A stretch of 20,281 nt of DNA from Deltaproteobacteria bacterium (GTDB lineage Bacteria > JACQOV01). The stretch lies in NCBI GenBank assembly GCA_016202395.1, contig JACQOV010000026.1, positions 1 through 20,281 on the forward strand, given 5' to 3'. The notes under the pieces were generated by a model. It had not been told where the DNA came from. It saw only the letters and a program-made list of their open reading frames with translations, and did not search any database. Shown one piece after another: positions 15,647 to 20,281 of the stretch (position 1 is its first letter; the number at the start of each line of letters is the position of its first letter). The position numbers and the translations under genes were made by a program.

Positions 15647-16915
15647 CTATTTCAGTGTATGGACAAGAGCAAGGCTAATCTGAGGGAAGTAGGTGACAAG
15701 CAGAAGGCCGAGGAGCATGACAGCCAGGAAAGGGAGGACGGCTCGGATCACGCGAACAACCGGCTTGTCGAAGACGATGCTCGAGACGAAGAGATTAATT
15801 CCAATGGGGGGCGTAAGATAGCCGATCTCCAAATTGACGATATAGAGGATCCCCAAATGAATCGGATCGACCCCCATCTCACGAGCAATGGGAGCCGTCA
15901 GCGGAGCTAAAATTAAAATAGCCGAAATGATATCCATCAAACAGCCGGTGACTAAAAGGAGCAGATTCAGAGCAAGGAGAAAAACCCATGGGGTATGGAT
16001 GTGATCCGAGATCCACTCCGCTAATAGCTGAGGCACATACTGAGCTGTCAAAAACCAGGAGAGGCTCATGGCAATGGCGATGATCACCAAAATGATCCCC
16101 ATATCGACGGCGGAACCGACAAAGATCTCTGGAATTTTTTTGAGCTTCGTCTCACGATGAATAAAAACCTCCACCCCAAAGGCGTAAATCACCGCAACAG
16201 CGGCCGCCTCCGTGGCGGTAAAAATCCCTCCGTAGATTCCTCCTAAAATAACGACCGGGAGTAACACCGCCCAGATCCCCTCTTTAAATCGGGAGACGAA
16301 CGCACTCTTGGAGAAAGGGATCCGATGTTGAGAACCCCCTCGGTTTCGAAGGAACGAATAGGTCATCAACAGAGCGCCGATCAGCAATCCGGGCCCAACC
16401 CCTGCGATAAAAAGATCGCTCACAGAGACCCCCACCACAATGGCATAGATGATCATGGGAATGCTGGGTGGAATCAAAATGCCAAGCGACCCGGCGGTCG
16501 TAACCAGGCCGAGTGAAAAATCTTGAGAGTAACGATCTCGAAGCATCGCGGGATACATCAAGGTTCCAACGGCAACAAGGGTTGCGGGGGAAGAGCCAGA
16601 AATAGCCGCAAAGAGCATGCAAGCGGCAACGGTGGCAATCGCAAGCCCCGAGGGAAGCCATCCCACAGCCGCCTTGGCCAGGTCAATGAGTCGCCGCGCA
16701 ATCCCCCCTTTGGTCATCAAAGCCCCCGCCAGGATAAAAAACGGGATCGCCATTAAAGGGAAAGAGTCGGTGGTCGTAAACATCCGCTGGGCCATCACCA
16801 CCAGTGGGATGTCCGAAAAATAGAGCGCCATTGCAACCGCGGTTCCCAAAACAACGAAAAGAGGGACCCCTAAAATCGCAAAGAGGGCAACGATGGCGAG
16901 AATAATAAAGGTCAT
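15647..16915 (-). CDS. dctM: TRAP transporter large permease
   Basis: LMAIPFFILAG, AAISGSS, GILIPPSIPMI, FTATEAA, GYLTPPIGINLF. Confidence 0.95.
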   Translation of the reverse strand: MTFIILAIVALFAILGVPLFVVLGTAVAMALYFSDIPLVVMAQRMFTTTDSFPLMAIPFFILAGALMTKGGIARRLIDLAKAAVGWLPSGLAIATVAACMLFAAISGSSPATLVAVGTLMYPAMLRDRYSQDFSLGLVTTAGSLGILIPPSIPMIIYAIVVGVSVSDLFIAGVGPGLLIGALLMTYSFLRNRGGSQHRIPFSKSAFVSRFKEGIWAVLLPVVILGGIYGGIFTATEAAAVAVIYAFGVEVFIHRETKLKKIPEIFVGSAVDMGIILVIIAIAMSLSWFLTAQYVPQLLAEWISDHIHTPWVFLLALNLLLLVTGCLMDIISAILILAPLTAPIAREMGVDPIHLGILYIVNLEIGYLTPPIGINLFVSSIVFDKPVVRVIRAVLPFLAVMLLGLLLVTYFPQISLALVHTLK

Positions 16916-17436
16916 ATTTTTTCTGAACCCCTCACCCCTTCGATCCTATCCTCTTGTTTAGGAAGCTCTCCAAACGTTTGCCCTACGAATCGCAAAGCCA
17001 TCAATCCAGCAGCCAAGGGGATGCTCAATTGAACCCACCAAATGGGAATTTCCATGGCCGGCGAGTGTCGACCCGTCACATAGGAATGATGAACTAAAAT
17101 TGCTCCCAACCCGCAAAAGAAGGCGCAGAATAGGCCTGAGATCGCCAGAGCGCAGCGTTGGATGGAAGATCTAAGAGACTCGGAGCGAACCGCTCGACTC
17201 AAAAAATCGATTTTGAGATGACGCCGAGCGCGGGTAGCCAAACTCGCTCCAAAAAAACCGGACCAGATCATCAGATACCGAGCTAGCTCTTCGGCCCACG
17301 GCAAGCCGACGGAAAAGCCGTATCGAAGAACCACTTGAAGAAAAACGGCCAACGTCATCACAACGAGACTGGTGACAATAATTATTTTCTCAACGGAAGC
17401 GAGAGTTTGATCCATGCGGGAGAGCCATTGTTTCAT
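16912..17436 (-). CDS. dctQ: TRAP transporter small permease
   Basis: QVVLRY, WAEELARYLMIW, HLKIDF; four TM segments. Confidence 0.93.
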   Translation of the reverse strand: MKQWLSRMDQTLASVEKIIIVTSLVVMTLAVFLQVVLRYGFSVGLPWAEELARYLMIWSGFFGASLATRARRHLKIDFLSRAVRSESLRSSIQRCALAISGLFCAFFCGLGAILVHHSYVTGRHSPAMEIPIWWVQLSIPLAAGLMALRFVGQTFGELPKQEDRIEGVRGSEKI

Positions 17437-18479
17437 GGGGCTTTTTTTTTGGCCCGATAATCGATGAGCGCCTTCTCAATGAGGGGAAGAGTTTCTTTAA
17501 AACGATCGCGAAACTGCCCTTGGACCCCCGCAGTCTGCTTCATAAACTCCATTTTTTCTTCCGGCGTGAGTTTATTAATCTTGAACCCTTTTTGTTGGTA
17601 AGCTTCAAGAAGCTCCGGCTCAAAATTTCTCATCAACTCCCGAACCCGGCTCTGGGCCCAGATAAACTCCGCCTCTGAGGCATTCCGATACTCCTCAGGA
17701 ATTTTTTCCCAGGCCTTTTTGTTAATGACAATCACCGCCGGCTGATAGATGTGATAAGAGAGGGTGAGATACTTCAACGTTTCCCAAACGCCGGTGGCCG
17801 ATAGCATCACCAGTGAATTCTCTGTGGCATCGACAATCCCCATCTGAAGGGCGTTAAAAAGCTCCGTGATGGCAATGGGGGTTGCTGGAGCCCCCAAGGC
17901 CTTCCAAAACGCAACGTGGACCTGGCTTTCCTGGGATCGCCATTTAAACTCGCGCACATCGGCCACCGTGTGAATCGGCTTCTTTTTGTTCGCAAAATGC
18001 CGCCATCCATTCTCACTCCAAGCCACCCCTTTCAGGCCCAAAGCATCGAGTCGTTTAAATAGAGGCTCTTTTAAAACATTGTCGAGGACGTAATAAACCT
18101 CGTCATCGCTCTGCCAAAGAAAGGGGAGATCAAAAACTCCAAATTGAGGATCCATCCCTTCGAAAGCCGCTAAAGATCCCGCCCAAATGTGAATGGTTCC
18201 CAATTGAGTCCCTTCCAACGACTCCACCTCTCCACCCAACTGACCTCCAAGATAAGCCCGAATCTTCATTTTTCCGCCGGTCTTCTGAACAATCCGCTCC
18301 CCCACCTCAGAAACCACTTGGGCCCACGGAGTCCCTTCTGGGGCCACGGTGGCCATCCGAAGTTTAATAACATCGGCCGGCTTAACCTCGTCGGCCTCGA
18401 CAGAAGAAAAAATGGCAAGCAATAGACTAAATAAGAACGCGCATCGGAAGGATTTAAAAAACACGCCCATCCTCCTCAA
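17433..18479 (-). CDS. dctP: TRAP substrate-binding protein (DctP/TatP type)
   Basis: LRMATVAPEGTPW, GGQLGGE, FDLPFL, ENGWRH, ALQMGIVD. True start may be GTG 18464 (6 nt after GAGGAGG). Confidence 0.92.
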   Translation of the reverse strand: MRRMGVFFKSFRCAFLFSLLLAIFSSVEADEVKPADVIKLRMATVAPEGTPWAQVVSEVGERIVQKTGGKMKIRAYLGGQLGGEVESLEGTQLGTIHIWAGSLAAFEGMDPQFGVFDLPFLWQSDDEVYYVLDNVLKEPLFKRLDALGLKGVAWSENGWRHFANKKKPIHTVADVREFKWRSQESQVHVAFWKALGAPATPIAITELFNALQMGIVDATENSLVMLSATGVWETLKYLTLSYHIYQPAVIVINKKAWEKIPEEYRNASEAEFIWAQSRVRELMRNFEPELLEAYQQKGFKINKLTPEEKMEFMKQTAGVQGQFRDRFKETLPLIEKALIDYRAKKKAP

Positions 18480-18482
18480 AAT

Positions 18483-19367
18483 TTAAAAGAATAAATCATC
18501 CATTTCCGAAAGAAGTTTCTCCGCCTTACGTTGCTCCACCGTCTGCTCTGGCACGATGTCGGACAAAACCGAAGGATGGGTATCCAACACAAATCGGAGA
18601 TCGGATTCGAAAAGGGCCTGATCTCCCATTTTAGGAGAATAATTTTCAGATCGCAAAACCCGGGTGGCAAAATAGTCTGGCGCGATCTCCAAAGAACGCT
18701 CAAAATGTTCCTTCGATTTGTTAAGATCCTGCCCGGCAAAAGCAGGAATGACCGAATAGTAAGCCCCCAACCAACGATGCGGAGCTCCATAAAAATAGGT
18801 TTCATCGAGCTCCAGGCAACGCTGCATCCCTTTGATGCCTTGCGATCGGAGAGAAAGCGCTGCAATGATCCCCTTCTTCTTAGCCCATTTGCCCAAATTG
18901 GCCGCCGACCAATAAAGCGCTCCAATGTACGGCTTGTCTAAAACATAAAAGGCATCTTCCGGTTTCGTTCCGCCGTCCACCAGTTTTTTAAACTCCAGAT
19001 TCAGAGCCAGCGCCTTTTCCCCCCACCGAGCCCCTTCGTTGTAAGCGGCCAGTTGAGCCTCCTTCTCTTCATCGGCCTGCAAATACGAGTCGGCATAAAA
19101 ATAGTAGGCCCGCGAGAGATGCGTCAGAAGCTCCAAATTCTCTGGATCGCCCTGCGCCGCTTCTTTGTAGAGAGCCAGCGCCTTCTCCAACTCGGCGCGA
19201 TCCAATCGATTCGCCCAATGAGAATCAGCTCTGGCAATCCGTTCGGAGGCATCGCCACCCGTAATCTCACTCACCCCTTCCCAACCGACCTGCCGTCCCG
19301 CGCAACCGAAAAGAGCTGCGGTAGAGATGGCCATAAAAATGACACGCGGTGTCGCAAATTTAACCAT
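18483..19367 (-). CDS. TRAP transporter TatT (TPR-like T component) lipoprotein
   Basis: Start ATG 19367 with AGGAGG; lipobox LFGC; LELDETYFYGAPH...GQDLNKSKEHFERSL; upstream of dctPQM. Confidence 0.82.
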   Translation of the reverse strand: MVKFATPRVIFMAISTAALFGCAGRQVGWEGVSEITGGDASERIARADSHWANRLDRAELEKALALYKEAAQGDPENLELLTHLSRAYYFYADSYLQADEEKEAQLAAYNEGARWGEKALALNLEFKKLVDGGTKPEDAFYVLDKPYIGALYWSAANLGKWAKKKGIIAALSLRSQGIKGMQRCLELDETYFYGAPHRWLGAYYSVIPAFAGQDLNKSKEHFERSLEIAPDYFATRVLRSENYSPKMGDQALFESDLRFVLDTHPSVLSDIVPEQTVEQRKAEKLLSEMDDLFF

Positions 19368-19456
19368 GTTCTGACCTCCTAAAAATTTAGCAGCTTGCTG
19401 ATCCCTCTTTACCCCAATCCCCCTCTCTCTGTCAACAAGTTTTGACTCAAAATGAA

Positions 19457-20281
19457 TTACACTAATCCTGTTAAAAATTTTGCCAAGGGAAGAACACGAA
19501 TCCCATCCTTTAAATAATCCTTTGAGCCTTCCAGACTGACTTGATAGCAAAAAGGGATCTTGAGTGCATCACGAAAATGAAAGAGGGCCTTAGAAATAGC
19601 CTGGCCTTCACTTTTGCTCTCGACCGCAAACCATGGCTTATTTTCATAGCATACTAAAAAATCGATTTCTCTTCCCGTTTCATCCCGAAGATAATGAAGT
19701 GAAACCTTCCAACCCCCTTCATCATGTAAATAGTGACAAAACTTTAGCAAATGGGAAGCGAGCATGTTTTCAACCTTGGGCCCTACCCCTTTCAACTCAG
19801 ACCAATCCCAAAGATAGAGCTTTTTCTCTTTCCGAACGGACGCAATTCGTCGCGACTGGAAAGGAGCTAGCCGAAAACAATAATAAAAACGTTCAAAAAC
19901 CTCTATCCAATTGGCGACAGTTCTAAAGTTCATCTGAAGATCTTGAGCCAAAGAATTAATGGACAAGATGGATGAAACCTTCTCTGGCAATAAATCTGCC
20001 AACAAGGTTAAATTGCCTAGATCATGAATTTGGGTAAGATCTCGGACATCTTCCTTAAAGAACCGGTCTAAACGTTCATTGTGCCAGCGGCGCAAAAACT
20101 TTTCGCTCTGTTCCAGGAAGGGATCCGGAAAGCCTCCGTATTGTAATAGATTTTTAAAATTGGAATCCGGAACAGAATCCAAAAAAACAAGCTCTTCTCC
20201 AGGTTGAACCTTTGGAAACACGGATAAAAGCTCCGCCAATGAAAAAGGGTGCAAACGGTAGTAATGATAGCGCCCTTGGAG
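19457..20281 (-). CDS. AAA_14/DUF4143 ATP-binding protein (5' end outside window)
   Basis: Frame open to the window edge (LQGRYHYYRLHPFSLAE); YGGFP, KLYLWD, EIDF...AVESK PD-(D/E)xK-like C-terminus. Confidence 0.88.
   Translation of the reverse strand, partial: LQGRYHYYRLHPFSLAELLSVFPKVQPGEELVFLDSVPDSNFKNLLQYGGFPDPFLEQSEKFLRRWHNERLDRFFKEDVRDLTQIHDLGNLTLLADLLPEKVSSILSINSLAQDLQMNFRTVANWIEVFERFYYCFRLAPFQSRRIASVRKEKKLYLWDWSELKGVGPKVENMLASHLLKFCHYLHDEGGWKVSLHYLRDETGREIDFLVCYENKPWFAVESKSEGQAISKALFHFRDALKIPFCYQVSLEGSKDYLKDGIRVLPLAKFLTGLV

Noticed and set aside
19368-19550. N-terminal extension of TatT in the ORF track
   Set aside because: Overlaps the upstream ATPase gene; SD and lipoprotein signal place the start at 19367.

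Overview
Bacterial chromosomal window, probably deltaproteobacterial/Bdellovibrionota-like (inference from the fibre gene and sigma-54 regulation). Left: a secreted GNVGIGT-repeat fibre/adhesin gene behind a complete sigma-54 promoter, and a minus-strand operon (PduO-type adenosyltransferase, MBL hydrolase, TolC, HlyD, ABC ATPase, two ABC-2 permeases). Right: a short signal-peptide RHS-core protein, a four-gene TPAT/TRAP transporter and a partial AAA_14/DUF4143 ATPase. The most interesting part is about 9.08-14.26 kb. It is an array of small unrelated genes: a BrnT/BrnA toxin-antitoxin pair, a pRiA4b ORF3-family protein, a truncated second antitoxin, a secreted protein, a Fic protein, a decayed mobile mystery A/B pair and a membrane protein. 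These are punctuated by six co-oriented copies of a 22-bp motif (consensus TAAGYATCGTGTCCCCCGAACT). Two copies are right arms of bulged hairpins, two carry short tandem duplications at their 3' end, and genes abut the motif tightly. There is no integrase or transposase in the window and the motif is not attC. This looks like an integron-like gene-cassette capture locus using a different recombination site, though the mechanism is inferred. Several families of small palindromic elements are also scattered across the window, two of them inserted in frame in protein-coding genes.
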